Shown here one piece after another: positions 19,463 through 28,036 of a stretch of DNA of 64,000 nt. The first letter of the stretch is position 1. Every line of letters begins with the position of its first letter. Source of the DNA: a virus (lineage: Duplodnaviria > Heunggongvirae > Uroviricota > Caudoviricetes); the IMG/VR virus record IMGVR_UViG_3300025778_000009. The stretch is one strand, 5' to 3'. The notes beneath the pieces are model-generated. The model did not search any database and was not told the origin of the DNA. It saw nothing but the letters and a program-made list of their open reading frames with translations. The translations under genes and the position numbers were made by a program.

Positions 19463-21673
19463 ATGACTACTTATAGAGACGCTAAAAAACTTTTATCTGA
19501 TGCCAAGTTTTATGAAGGGTATGCAAGATATATTGAGAATGAAGGAAGATACGAAACTTGGAATGAAGCAGTAGATCGTGTTATTAAAATGCATATGGGA
19601 TTTTATGCAGACAAAATGTCATCTAAGTTAATGACATATATTGACGAAGCAACAACAGCTTATAAACAGAAATTAGTTCTTGGTGCACAGCGTTCTCTAC
19701 AATTTGGTGGTGATCAACTCCTAAAGCATCAGATGCGTATGTATAATTGTACCTCTTCTTATGCAGACCGTCCTGCATTCTTCGGTGAAGTATTCTATAT
19801 TCTTCTTTGTGGTGCTGGTGCCGGTTTCTCCGTTCAAAAGCATCATATTGATAAACTACCTAAAATTATCCACCGTACTAAAGCACCTAAAGTTCACGTA
19901 GTAGAAGACTCAATTGAAGGATGGGCGACAGCACTAGATGTTCTTATGTCATCCTTCTTTGAAAATGGCGGCAAGTATCCAGAATATGCAGGCCGTAAAG
20001 TTGCACTAGATCTTTCTAATATTAGACCAAAGGGTGCAAAAATTTCTGGTGGGTTTAAGGCACCAGGCCCAGAACCTCTTCGTCGTTCTTTAGACAGAAT
20101 TGAATATATATTAACAGGACTTACACTTAGTGAGAAAACCACAACATTAAGGCCTATTCATGTATACGACATTGTTATGCACGCTGCTGATGCTGTTTTA
20201 TCTGGGGGTGTCCGTAGAAGTGCTACGATTTGTCTTTTCTCCTCCAATGATAACGAGATGGCTGCCGCTAAAACTGGCAACTGGTATATTGATAATCCTC
20301 AGCGCGGTCGCAGTAATAATTCCGCTGTTATCGTCCGTGATGAGATTACTAGAGAGCAGTTTGCAGCTCTTATGGGGTCAATAAAGCAATTTGGAGAACC
20401 AGGATTCTTCTTTGTTGATGATAAAGATATGACAACTAATCCTTGTGTTGAGATTGGTATGTGGCCTCAAATCGACGGTGAGTCTGGATGGCAAGGATGT
20501 AATCTAACTGAGATCAACGGCGGATTATGCGATAGCGAAGAAACATTTTATAAAGCATGTCGTGCAGGTGCTATTTTAGGAACCTTACAAGCCGGCTATA
20601 CAGATTTTAGATTCCTTTCACCTACATCTAAAAAGATTTTTGATCGTGAAGCTCTACTAGGTGTTTCAATAACTGGTTGGATGAATAATCCAGCAACATT
20701 GTTTAATGAAAAGATCCTACAAAAAGGAGCTGAAATTGTCAGAGAAACTAATAAAGAAGTTGCTACTCTTCTTGGGATTAATCCAGCTGCTCGCACTACT
20801 TGCGTTAAGCCATCAGGTAATGCATCAGTCCTTCTAATGACAGCTTCCGGTATTCACGCAGAACATTCACCAATGTATATTCGTAATGTACAGTTGAATA
20901 AAGAGACAGAAGTAGCTAAATTAATTAAAAAGTTTAATCCTAATATGGTAGAAGAATCAGCTTGGTCATCTGGTAAGACAGATTATGTTATTTCTTTCCC
21001 AGTTGTATCTAAGCAAGGTTCCATCTATAAGGATGATTTAATTGGTATTAAGCATCTAGATCTAATTAAGAAAGCGCAAGAGTTTTGGGTCAATGCAGGC
21101 ACTAACGTTGATCTATGTTCACATCCCGGTATTCGTCATAATGTATCTAATACAGTTATTGTTGATAATTGGGGTGAGATTGAAGAGTACGTATTTGTAA
21201 ACAAAGATTACTTTGCAGGTATTTCATTTCTTCCTATGACAGGTGATAAGGATTATTATCAGGCACCAAACACTGAGGTATTAAATGCAGCACAACTTAC
21301 TGAGAAGTATGGTGCAGGTGCAATTATGGCTTCTGGTATTATAGTTGAAGCACTCAAAGCATTTGATAATCTCTGGATGGCCTGTATGACTGCTAATGGT
21401 TTTGGTGAAGATCTTTCTGCAGATAATCATCAGAATACTCTCAAGAGAGATTGGGTTCGCCGTTTCAAGAAGTTTGCTACAAACTATTTTAACGGAGATG
21501 TTAAGAAGACAGAATATTGCTTTAAAGATGTTTATCTACTCCATAAATGGGAAAAAATTCAACAAACTATCCAAGATATTAAATGGGAAGATGAGTTGAA
21601 AGAGATCAAATATATAGACGTAGATACAATAGGGTCAGCAGCATGTGTTGGAGGTGGATGTGAGCTCTTCTGA
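19463..21673 (+). CDS. nrdJ: Class II (adenosylcobalamin-dependent) ribonucleotide reductase, monomeric type
   Basis: MYNC, TNPCVEI, GCNLTEIN, TTCVKPSGNASVLL, C-terminal ACVGGGCELF Cys pair; no nrdB nearby. Confidence 0.88.
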   Translation: MTTYRDAKKLLSDAKFYEGYARYIENEGRYETWNEAVDRVIKMHMGFYADKMSSKLMTYIDEATTAYKQKLVLGAQRSLQFGGDQLLKHQMRMYNCTSSYADRPAFFGEVFYILLCGAGAGFSVQKHHIDKLPKIIHRTKAPKVHVVEDSIEGWATALDVLMSSFFENGGKYPEYAGRKVALDLSNIRPKGAKISGGFKAPGPEPLRRSLDRIEYILTGLTLSEKTTTLRPIHVYDIVMHAADAVLSGGVRRSATICLFSSNDNEMAAAKTGNWYIDNPQRGRSNNSAVIVRDEITREQFAALMGSIKQFGEPGFFFVDDKDMTTNPCVEIGMWPQIDGESGWQGCNLTEINGGLCDSEETFYKACRAGAILGTLQAGYTDFRFLSPTSKKIFDREALLGVSITGWMNNPATLFNEKILQKGAEIVRETNKEVATLLGINPAARTTCVKPSGNASVLLMTASGIHAEHSPMYIRNVQLNKETEVAKLIKKFNPNMVEESAWSSGKTDYVISFPVVSKQGSIYKDDLIGIKHLDLIKKAQEFWVNAGTNVDLCSHPGIRHNVSNTVIVDNWGEIEEYVFVNKDYFAGISFLPMTGDKDYYQAPNTEVLNAAQLTEKYGAGAIMASGIIVEALKAFDNLWMACMTANGFGEDLSADNHQNTLKRDWVRRFKKFATNYFNGDVKKTEYCFKDVYLLHKWEKIQQTIQDIKWEDELKEIKYIDVDTIGSAACVGGGCELF

Positions 21674-21851
21674 GTCACCCTGCACAACTAATTGTGAGTT
21701 GGACGTAACAACTGAGTATTGCGTTAAGTGTGGACGCAGTACTCAGCAAATTCAAGATTGGTCGTCATATCCTAGTGACAAACGTAAACAGATTATGAAA
21801 GAAATTAAATCTAAAAGGAGAACAAAAAATGGATTGGGAACAGATAATTGA
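21645..21851 (+). CDS. DUF1289-like small Cys-rich protein
   Basis: SPCTTNCELD...YCVKCGRSTQQIQDW pattern; start codon uncertain. Confidence 0.6.
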   Translation: MLEVDVSSSESPCTTNCELDVTTEYCVKCGRSTQQIQDWSSYPSDKRKQIMKEIKSKRRTKNGLGTDN

Positions 21852-22104
21852 CTCTCTTATGGAACTAGTAAAAGACGAAGAAACAAGAACTGATATTTAC
21901 AAGACAATTTTAGAAGCTTCTGATGATGTAGATGAAGGGTATATAGAGACAGTTGTTCATGGTATTGATGATGCTTTTGATAATGCCTGGTCTCTATATC
22001 AAGATGATATCGTATCTGAAGATGATGATGAAGATGAAGAGCACGAAGAAGATGACGACTATGAAACCAATGATGATTGGGAAATAGAAGATTCAGAAGA
22101 ATAA
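21829..22104 (+). CDS. Highly acidic hypothetical protein
   Basis: 40 of 91 residues Asp/Glu versus 3 Lys/Arg; SD AGGAG. Confidence 0.6.
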   Translation: MDWEQIIDSLMELVKDEETRTDIYKTILEASDDVDEGYIETVVHGIDDAFDNAWSLYQDDIVSEDDDEDEEHEEDDDYETNDDWEIEDSEE

Positions 22105-22105
22105 T

Positions 22106-22660
22106 ATGAGAATTGTAGGGATAGATTACAGTCTATCATCCCCCTGTATATGTATTAGTGAATCTGATAAATTTAAGTTTTCAGCATGTAAGTTTTACTA
22201 TCTTACTGACATTAAGAAATATGATATAGATATTGATAATATACAGGGGGACCTACACGCCCCGTATTTTACTAATGAAGAAAGATTTTTTAATATTACC
22301 AATTGGGTGTTGAATAAATTAAAAGAAGGTGATATTATATACTTAGAAGGTTATTCAATGGGTTCTACAGGTATGGTTTTTAATATCGCTGAAAATGCTG
22401 GATTATTAAAACATTATCTATGGAAACAAAAACATACATATAATATAATAGCTCCAACGGTTATTAAGAAATTTGCTACCGGTAAAGGTAATTCTAATAA
22501 ACAAGTTTTACAAGATTGCTTTGAACAGGAAACAAATTATTACATTAAAAAGAAACTGGTGATGACCGATAAACAATGGAATCCATCATCTGATATAATT
22601 GATAGTTATTTTATTTGTAAATATGGATATGAACAGGAGAAAAAAAATGAGTGTATCTAA
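22106..22660 (+). CDS. RuvC-like Holliday junction resolvase
   Basis: MRIVGIDYS, IYLEGYSMG, IAENAGLLK, IAPTVIKKFATGKGNSNK, SDIIDSY RNase H-fold motifs. Confidence 0.85.
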   Translation: MRIVGIDYSLSSPCICISESDKFKFSACKFYYLTDIKKYDIDIDNIQGDLHAPYFTNEERFFNITNWVLNKLKEGDIIYLEGYSMGSTGMVFNIAENAGLLKHYLWKQKHTYNIIAPTVIKKFATGKGNSNKQVLQDCFEQETNYYIKKKLVMTDKQWNPSSDIIDSYFICKYGYEQEKKNECI

Positions 22661-23018
22661 ATGGTTTGCAAGTCTGTTTGGTTTTGGTACTAAAGCAGAA
22701 GCACAAGAAATTAATGAAACAGTGAAAAAGGATGTTGAAATGCTTAAGAAAAGTTCTCAATGTGGTTGTGGTCGTAGTCCAACAGGTTCATGTTTAGGTC
22801 TTCATAAACTTTCAGAAGAAGAGTGGGCAACACACGAAGTAAACCCAAACAGAATTATACCTCCAGTAGTTGAAGCTAAGCCGGAGGTAGAAGAAGCTGC
22901 ACCAGCAGTTGAAGCTCCTAAGGTTGTTAAAGCACCTAAAGCTACTAAAACTTCAAAGAAGACTGCAGATGTAAGCGCACCTAAGAAGTCAAGAGCAAAG
23001 AAAGCAAATGCTTCCTAA
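22647..23018 (+). CDS. CDGSH-like 3Cys-1His motif protein with Lys/Ala/Pro-rich tail
   Basis: CGCGRSPTGSCLGLH; start reassigned to ATG 22647 after SD AGGAG. Confidence 0.55.
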   Translation: MSVSKWFASLFGFGTKAEAQEINETVKKDVEMLKKSSQCGCGRSPTGSCLGLHKLSEEEWATHEVNPNRIIPPVVEAKPEVEEAAPAVEAPKVVKAPKATKTSKKTADVSAPKKSRAKKANAS

Positions 23019-23223
23019 TAACGAACTTAGAGTGTGCAGTGAGCTAGGTAGCAATGTTCCTGTAGTAATAGGTAATTGTCCAAGTTGTGGTTCAGGTGAT
23101 AGATCATTAATTCTTATTGATTTTGTTCCTAATGGGCTACAGCCAGAACACAGCACACTCTATTTTAAATGTATAAGTTGTACTACAATTACACAAAAGA
23201 AAATTATTGAAGTAGCAGAATAG
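23008..23223 (+). CDS. Small Zn-ribbon protein
   Basis: CPSCG ... CISC pairs. Confidence 0.5.
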   Translation: MLPNNELRVCSELGSNVPVVIGNCPSCGSGDRSLILIDFVPNGLQPEHSTLYFKCISCTTITQKKIIEVAE

Positions 23224-23240
23224 TGATAAAGGAATAAATT

Positions 23241-23528
23241 ATGGGTAAGAAAACATCAAGAGCCAAATATTCTTCTAAAGGTCAAAGAGACAGTATTTCT
23301 AAAGATACTGTAAGGGCTATGCGTGCTGATCGTTCAGAGTTAGATAAGATTCTTAACAAGCTTAATGCATGGGCTGTTGGTAAGAAAGTTATGGTAACTA
23401 TTCCTAATCCAAATAAAAATGAAACTAACAAGCGTTTTATTCGCGTAGAAGGTACTCATTCTGCTGCTTTCGGTCCATGGAAGAGACCAGATAAGGATAT
23501 GGGTATTAGGATGACTTCAAATGATTAA
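23241..23528 (+). CDS. Conserved basic phage hypothetical protein
   Basis: SD AAGGA; MGKKTSRAKYSSKGQR...GKKVMVTIPNPNKNETNKRFIRV. Confidence 0.6.
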   Translation: MGKKTSRAKYSSKGQRDSISKDTVRAMRADRSELDKILNKLNAWAVGKKVMVTIPNPNKNETNKRFIRVEGTHSAAFGPWKRPDKDMGIRMTSND

Positions 23529-23769
23529 TGTCTACGGTAAACACGACTGTACATATTGTGCAGCTGCTAAAAATCTTTTAGATAGTAAAAATATTCCATA
23601 CAACTATTTTAATGTAGGTGAAGATGTGGGGATAGATTTTGTTATAGAAACTTTCCCAGGTGTTCGCACAGTGCCTATTGTTCAAGTTAACGGTAAGCAT
23701 ATCGGTGGTTATGATGAATTGAGAGAATATCTAGAGGAGATTTCCGGTGGACATGCAGACCATATCTAA
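23521..23769 (+). CDS. Glutaredoxin
   Basis: VYGKHDCTYC, RTVPIV, HIGGYDEL. Confidence 0.9.
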   Translation: MINVYGKHDCTYCAAAKNLLDSKNIPYNYFNVGEDVGIDFVIETFPGVRTVPIVQVNGKHIGGYDELREYLEEISGGHADHI

Positions 23770-24001
23770 ATCAAACCTTATGAATATGCTACATGGTGGT
23801 ATAATTAGCGTCAAATTTACTAAAAAAGATGGCTCTGAGCGTACTATGCGATGTACTTTAAATGAGGCTTATATTAAGCCTTATGAAAAAAAGACTGATA
23901 AAGAGAAAACTGTAAATGATAATTCAGTTTCAGTCTGGGATATAGAAAACGACAGCTGGAGATCGTTCCGTTTAGATTCAATACTAGAGATTTATAAATA
24001 A
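23747..24001 (+). CDS. SH3/WYL-like conserved T4-superfamily protein (DUF2693-like)
   Basis: VKFTKKDGSERTMRCTL ... VWDIENDSWRSFRLDSI. Confidence 0.75.
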   Translation: MDMQTISKSNLMNMLHGGIISVKFTKKDGSERTMRCTLNEAYIKPYEKKTDKEKTVNDNSVSVWDIENDSWRSFRLDSILEIYK

Positions 24002-24034
24002 AGTCAGTAGCGTTTTTTGACTGAGGTTTATATG
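23993..24034 (+). promoter_or_regulatory. Late promoter TATAAATA embedded in an RBS-sequestering hairpin
   Basis: TATAAAT(23993-99) pairs with GTTTATA(24026-32); AGTCAG(24002-07) pairs with TTGACT(24017-22); SD GAGG at 24023-26, ATG 24032. Confidence 0.65.
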
Positions 24035-24376
24035 TCTGATCCCTTAACATCGTCGCTTATGACGAAAATGATTACTGGTTTAGCTGGTCTGGTAGGCGGA
24101 GTGTCATTTATGGCGTTTTTTAGACCTAATAATGTTTGGGATGCATCTGTTAGATCTGGTTTGAGTGTTATAACTGCTATTGTTTTTGCTCCTATTATTA
24201 TAGAATGGTTGAATTTATATTCTACAACCGATAATATAGTAGCAATATCAGTGGCTTGTGGTTTTTGCTCATGGAGTATTTTATCACTAGCAGCACATCT
24301 TCTAATTGGTGTACAGGATGAAAAAGTTTCATTGAAACTTCCTAGTTTTATAGTGCGTGAAGAAAAAAAAGATTAA
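24032..24376 (+). CDS. Putative holin (three TM helices, charged C-terminus)
   Basis: Three hydrophobic segments, C-terminal REEKKD, late promoter; start reassigned to ATG 24032. Confidence 0.55.
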   Translation: MSDPLTSSLMTKMITGLAGLVGGVSFMAFFRPNNVWDASVRSGLSVITAIVFAPIIIEWLNLYSTTDNIVAISVACGFCSWSILSLAAHLLIGVQDEKVSLKLPSFIVREEKKD

Positions 24377-24400
24377 TTATTAATTTGTGAGTTATTTGTT

Positions 24401-25384
24401 ATGGAAAAGAATGAACTGAATAAGAACGCCAGAGGCGGTTCTGAGCTTATGCAAGAACGTCTCTATAGAGATCTTCCAGCAGATCTTTTAGAAAAATTTC
24501 AAATTATTTTATCTAGAGTCAGAGACGTTAGCTCTGATAAGCGTAAGATTCTTTGGCTCCATGATCTTCCAAATGACCCAGAATCACAACACCTAAAAGA
24601 AGCTAGTAGCCGTCAGAGATTTAATAAGATTGTTTGTGTATCTAATTGGCAGATGCAATTATATAATCTCATACTAGGTGTACCATATCAAGATTGTATG
24701 GTAATTAAAAATGCTATTGAGCCTATCGATATTGATGTAAAAGAATATGACGGTACAGTACGTTTAATTTATCATACTACACCGCATCGCGGATTAGAAA
24801 TTCTAGTTCCAGTATTTGAAGAACTATGTAATATTTTTGATAATATACATTTAGATGTATATTCTAGCTTTAGTGTTTATGGTTGGGAACAACGCGATGA
24901 GCAATATAAAGCTCTTTTTGATCGTTGTAGAGCTCATCCTAAGATTACATACCATGGTGGTGTATCCAACCAGGAAGTTAGAGAAGCTCTTAAGAAGTCT
25001 CACATTTATGCTTATCCATGCATATGGCCAGAAACAAGCTGTATATCTGTTGTAGAAGCTATGTCTGCTAAAAATTTAGTAGTATGCCCTAACTTTGCTG
25101 CTCTTCCAGAGACTTGCGCTAACTTTGCTATGATGTACCCATGGAATGAAAATCCTAATGCACATGCAGTTCTATTTGCAAATACGTTAGATAATGCTAT
25201 CAGAACTATTATTAAGAATAAAGGTTCAACAGACCCTTATCTAGATTTTCAAAAGCAATACTTTGATTATTTCTACAATTGGGAAATAAGAAAAGGAGAG
25301 TGGTTAGCTCTCCTTTCGGCATTAGCTGATGCAGAACCTGCTCAACCACAAAATAACGATACTTTGATTTATAGAACTTCTTAA
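24401..25384 (+). CDS. Glycosyltransferase, GT-B fold (GT4-like)
   Basis: GGSELMQERL, LIYHTTPHRGLEIL, SHIYAYPCIWPETSCISVVEAMS (E-x7-E motif). Confidence 0.85.
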   Translation: MEKNELNKNARGGSELMQERLYRDLPADLLEKFQIILSRVRDVSSDKRKILWLHDLPNDPESQHLKEASSRQRFNKIVCVSNWQMQLYNLILGVPYQDCMVIKNAIEPIDIDVKEYDGTVRLIYHTTPHRGLEILVPVFEELCNIFDNIHLDVYSSFSVYGWEQRDEQYKALFDRCRAHPKITYHGGVSNQEVREALKKSHIYAYPCIWPETSCISVVEAMSAKNLVVCPNFAALPETCANFAMMYPWNENPNAHAVLFANTLDNAIRTIIKNKGSTDPYLDFQKQYFDYFYNWEIRKGEWLALLSALADAEPAQPQNNDTLIYRTS

Positions 25385-25387
25385 TAT

Positions 25388-25609
25388 TTAACTTCTATAT
25401 ACATTAACTGCATCCCAATTCCTTTCACCATAAATTACAAGCGTGCATGCTGATGGTGGAATTGAATCATCTATATTTTTTAACTTAATCGGATTATAGA
25501 CAACCAATGGTGCTTCTGTCACTCTAATTGGTACTAAACGATCTTCTATGCTTGGATCATGTGACATCCAAGACATTTCAGGCATATACATAAAATATTG
25601 TTTTTTCAT
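25388..25609 (-). CDS. Hypothetical early protein
   Basis: ATG at 25609 after SD AAGGA; part of minus-strand cluster driven from 26287. Confidence 0.55.
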   Translation of the reverse strand: MKKQYFMYMPEMSWMSHDPSIEDRLVPIRVTEAPLVVYNPIKLKNIDDSIPPSACTLVIYGERNWDAVNVYRS

Positions 25610-25622
25610 AGCAGATCCTTTA

Positions 25623-25859
25623 TTAATCACAAGATGACCAACGACTACAAGAAGCGTAATGCTTATCTTCTATAATGGTTGCTTTTGCACGACCATTATA
25701 CCCCATTTCCCAGGCATCTGAATACTCTTTACAATACTGCCTGCACTCATCAACTGTATCAAAAGGTCCTACGTAGTATTCTATAATACCACCATAGGTT
25801 TTTTGATCATACACACCTAATGTTTTACCATTTTTGGAAACATTATAATTGAGCTGCAT
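25623..25859 (-). CDS. Hypothetical early protein
   Basis: 78 aa, tightly packed; GPFDTVDECRQY motif. Confidence 0.6.
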   Translation of the reverse strand: MQLNYNVSKNGKTLGVYDQKTYGGIIEYYVGPFDTVDECRQYCKEYSDAWEMGYNGRAKATIIEDKHYASCSRWSSCD

Positions 25860-25860
25860 A

Positions 25861-26055
25861 TTACTTTACCAATACTGAACGGATAAACCCGTCTTTATCG
25901 ACATTCTGAGATTTAAGCTTCCAACCTTCTTCAACGAGAAGGTTGATGCGCTTCCAAGAATATTTTCTATTCTTACTCGTTACAACATATTGTTCTGGAT
26001 AAAGTTGCTGCATTTTAAAATAATCCTCAGAAAAAGCTGATACACGACCACCCAT
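25861..26055 (-). CDS. Hypothetical early protein (64 aa)
   Basis: True start likely ATG 26055 after SD AAGGAG; the track extension to 26160 overlaps a better ORF. Confidence 0.6.
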   Translation of the reverse strand: MGGRVSAFSEDYFKMQQLYPEQYVVTSKNRKYSWKRINLLVEEGWKLKSQNVDKDGFIRSVLVK

Positions 26056-26065
26056 ATTAAGCTCC

Positions 26066-26233
26066 TTATTTTTTACCAACATAAGACATAACGTAAGTTT
26101 CAGACCCATCAGGGTGCTTATGAGAACGAACAACAGCCCAGCCACGTCGCTGATGATCACGTAGCTTACGAGTAACGTAAGCTTTCTGTCCAGTAAACAC
26201 GGTAGTCATATTTCCCGTAAATGCCACAGTCAT
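26066..26233 (-). CDS. Small early protein (55 aa), not in ORF track
   Basis: SD GGAG; MTVAFTGNMTTVFTGQKAYVTRKLRDHQRRGWAVVRSHKHPDGSETYVMSYVGKK; first gene after the leftward promoter. Confidence 0.65.
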   Translation of the reverse strand: MTVAFTGNMTTVFTGQKAYVTRKLRDHQRRGWAVVRSHKHPDGSETYVMSYVGKK

Positions 26234-26249
26234 TTTTATCTCCATTCCT

Positions 26250-26287
26250 TATATTATTATAATCGTATATTTTTATTAAAAAATCAA
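26250..26287 (-). promoter_or_regulatory. Leftward early promoter (TTGATT -35; GATTAT or TATAAT -10)
   Basis: Mirror image of the rightward promoter; exact -10 spacing ambiguous (17 or 20 nt). Confidence 0.5.
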
Positions 26288-26300
26288 CAGGTTTTTTTAA

Positions 26301-26391
26301 AAAAACACCGTTGAAATCATTGAGTTTTTCTTAATAAAATATCCAATGTTTTCAATGAGTTAAAAAATCCAATGATTTCAACGGTGTTTTT
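26301..26391. repeat. Perfect 22-bp inverted repeat with 47-bp spacer
   Basis: AAAAACACCGTTGAAATCATTG (26301-26322) and CAATGATTTCAACGGTGTTTTT (26370-26391); partial third copy CAATGTTTTCAA at 26344. Confidence 0.9.
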
Positions 26392-26394
26392 CTG

Positions 26395-26423
26395 TTGCTT
26401 TTATTATAAAACTATTATATTAT
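26395..26423 (+). promoter_or_regulatory. Rightward early promoter TTGCTT-N17-TATTAT
   Basis: Upstream of SD AAGGAG and ATG 26449. Confidence 0.6.
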
Positions 26424-26448
26424 TAAGTATAAGCAAAGGAGAGTAAAA

Positions 26449-26715
26449 ATGTCTAAATATAAATCTAAATTTTTCACTCAACTAATACCTTCAACTCCAA
26501 AAAATACAGATTTTCTTATAGATATTTTAGAACAAATTTTAGAATCAGATACTCTTTCTCAAGCACAAAAAAACCAATTAGAATATATTTTAGATTCATC
26601 ATTTAACCAGGTAGAAGTTTTACCTAAAAAAGATTATATAATAAACATGCCTTTTTCAGAATTCTTTTTTGAAAATTGCCCTTCTTTATCTCAACCTAAA
26701 ACTAACATAAACTAA
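26449..26715 (+). CDS. Hypothetical early protein
   Basis: 88 aa, strong SD. Confidence 0.55.
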   Translation: MSKYKSKFFTQLIPSTPKNTDFLIDILEQILESDTLSQAQKNQLEYILDSSFNQVEVLPKKDYIINMPFSEFFFENCPSLSQPKTNIN

Positions 26716-26725
26716 AAGGTTAAAA

Positions 26726-26926
26726 ATGAATCAAGAATTACGAGAAGCATTAGATGATGCAGATAAATGGTACGAGCTGTATCTTGGTCAAAAGTTTGCT
26801 AATGAACTTCTGGTAAAAGAAATTAATCAGCTTAAAGCTGAACTGTTGAGATCTGAACAACACTATCTTATAGCGGCAGAGATGCTAGAACAAGAATCTA
26901 ATCGAAGGAATTTGGTAAATGGCTAA
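26726..26926 (+). CDS. Small coiled-coil protein
   Basis: 66 aa heptad pattern; SD AAGG. Confidence 0.55.
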   Translation: MNQELREALDDADKWYELYLGQKFANELLVKEINQLKAELLRSEQHYLIAAEMLEQESNRRNLVNG

Positions 26927-28034
26927 AAGTCTCCTCAGCACTAAAGCTCTTAAAAAGAAAGCTCCTCGTAAGACGAAGAGTGAAAATTATTTGGTTAATT
27001 GGAAGTATCTTGGAGAAGAGCCAAAGAACGTTTCTTTTAATACAGTTGACTTGCTAAAAGCTTTTAACTGGTATAACGTTATGGCTGAAAAAGATGATGT
27101 TCGCCAGTATCTCAAAGATTATTTTAAGTCAGATAAAAACATGGTCAAACTGATTGACCGTATACCGGATAATCGTCTCCCCACAACAGCTGCCTGGTTA
27201 TGTCGCATTGCTGTTAATCAAAATCGTGATCTTGAACCTAATGATTGGGTACGTGTTAACGAGGATATTAAAATCGCAGCAAAATATGTAGAAGATGTTA
27301 AAGAAGAGAATACAAAACCAGCTGCAGTTAAACCTTCTATTCAGGATCGCGTAAGAGAGCGTGTATCTGATATTATAGGTGATGTAGAAGCTCTCATCGA
27401 TAAGGGTGAGAAGTTTAATATGTATGAATGGTTGCAGAAGAATGAAATTCCTGCTATGCATTCTAACAAGATTGCAGATTTTTATCAACCATTAATGGAA
27501 GAGTATCTTAATGTTCTTAATGGTGATAAAGAAGGTTATGAGCACTTCTCTAAGAAACAAATGCAGGAAAAATATCAAACAGTAAGCGATATGTTAAATG
27601 ACTGTCGTCGTTTCTCAGGCAATGTTAAAAAAGCACGCGCACCCCGTAAGAAGAAAGCGCCTACTACAGAGAAGCTTCTCAAGAACTTTACATATCTAAA
27701 GGCATTCAATGAGTATAAATTACAATCGATTGACCCAGCAACGATTATTGGCGCTCAAGAACTTTGGACTTACGATACTAAGTATAGTAAGCTCACGGTA
27801 TTTCGTGCTAGGGGCCCTGCAGGGCTTACTATTAAGCGCACTGCTATTGATGGTTATGATGTCGACCAATCACTAACGAAAAAGATTGGTCGAAAGACAG
27901 AAGAAACGTTAAAGAAAGTTCTTACTGGTGGTAAGATCGTTCTCCGTAAACTTATGGATGAAATTAATGTTCAACCTACCAATTTTTCAGATCGGATAAA
28001 TAATAATACCATCCTCTGCAAAGTTGTGAGGTAA
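26919..28034 (+). CDS. Conserved T4-superfamily hypothetical protein
   Basis: 371 aa; AFNWYN, IDPATIIGAQELWTYDTKYSKLTVF, KKIGRKTEETL motifs. Confidence 0.65.
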   Translation: MAKSLLSTKALKKKAPRKTKSENYLVNWKYLGEEPKNVSFNTVDLLKAFNWYNVMAEKDDVRQYLKDYFKSDKNMVKLIDRIPDNRLPTTAAWLCRIAVNQNRDLEPNDWVRVNEDIKIAAKYVEDVKEENTKPAAVKPSIQDRVRERVSDIIGDVEALIDKGEKFNMYEWLQKNEIPAMHSNKIADFYQPLMEEYLNVLNGDKEGYEHFSKKQMQEKYQTVSDMLNDCRRFSGNVKKARAPRKKKAPTTEKLLKNFTYLKAFNEYKLQSIDPATIIGAQELWTYDTKYSKLTVFRARGPAGLTIKRTAIDGYDVDQSLTKKIGRKTEETLKKVLTGGKIVLRKLMDEINVQPTNFSDRINNNTILCKVVR

Positions 28035-28036
28035 CA

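Noticed and set aside
19463-21673. Inteins, introns or homing endonucleases in nrdJ, primase or gp32
   Set aside because: Lengths and motifs are continuous; no LAGLIDADG, GIY-YIG, HNH or Hint signatures seen
26301-26391. Invertible phase-variation switch
   Set aside because: No recombinase in the window, and the 47-bp spacer holds no obvious promoter; kept only as a symmetric regulatory site
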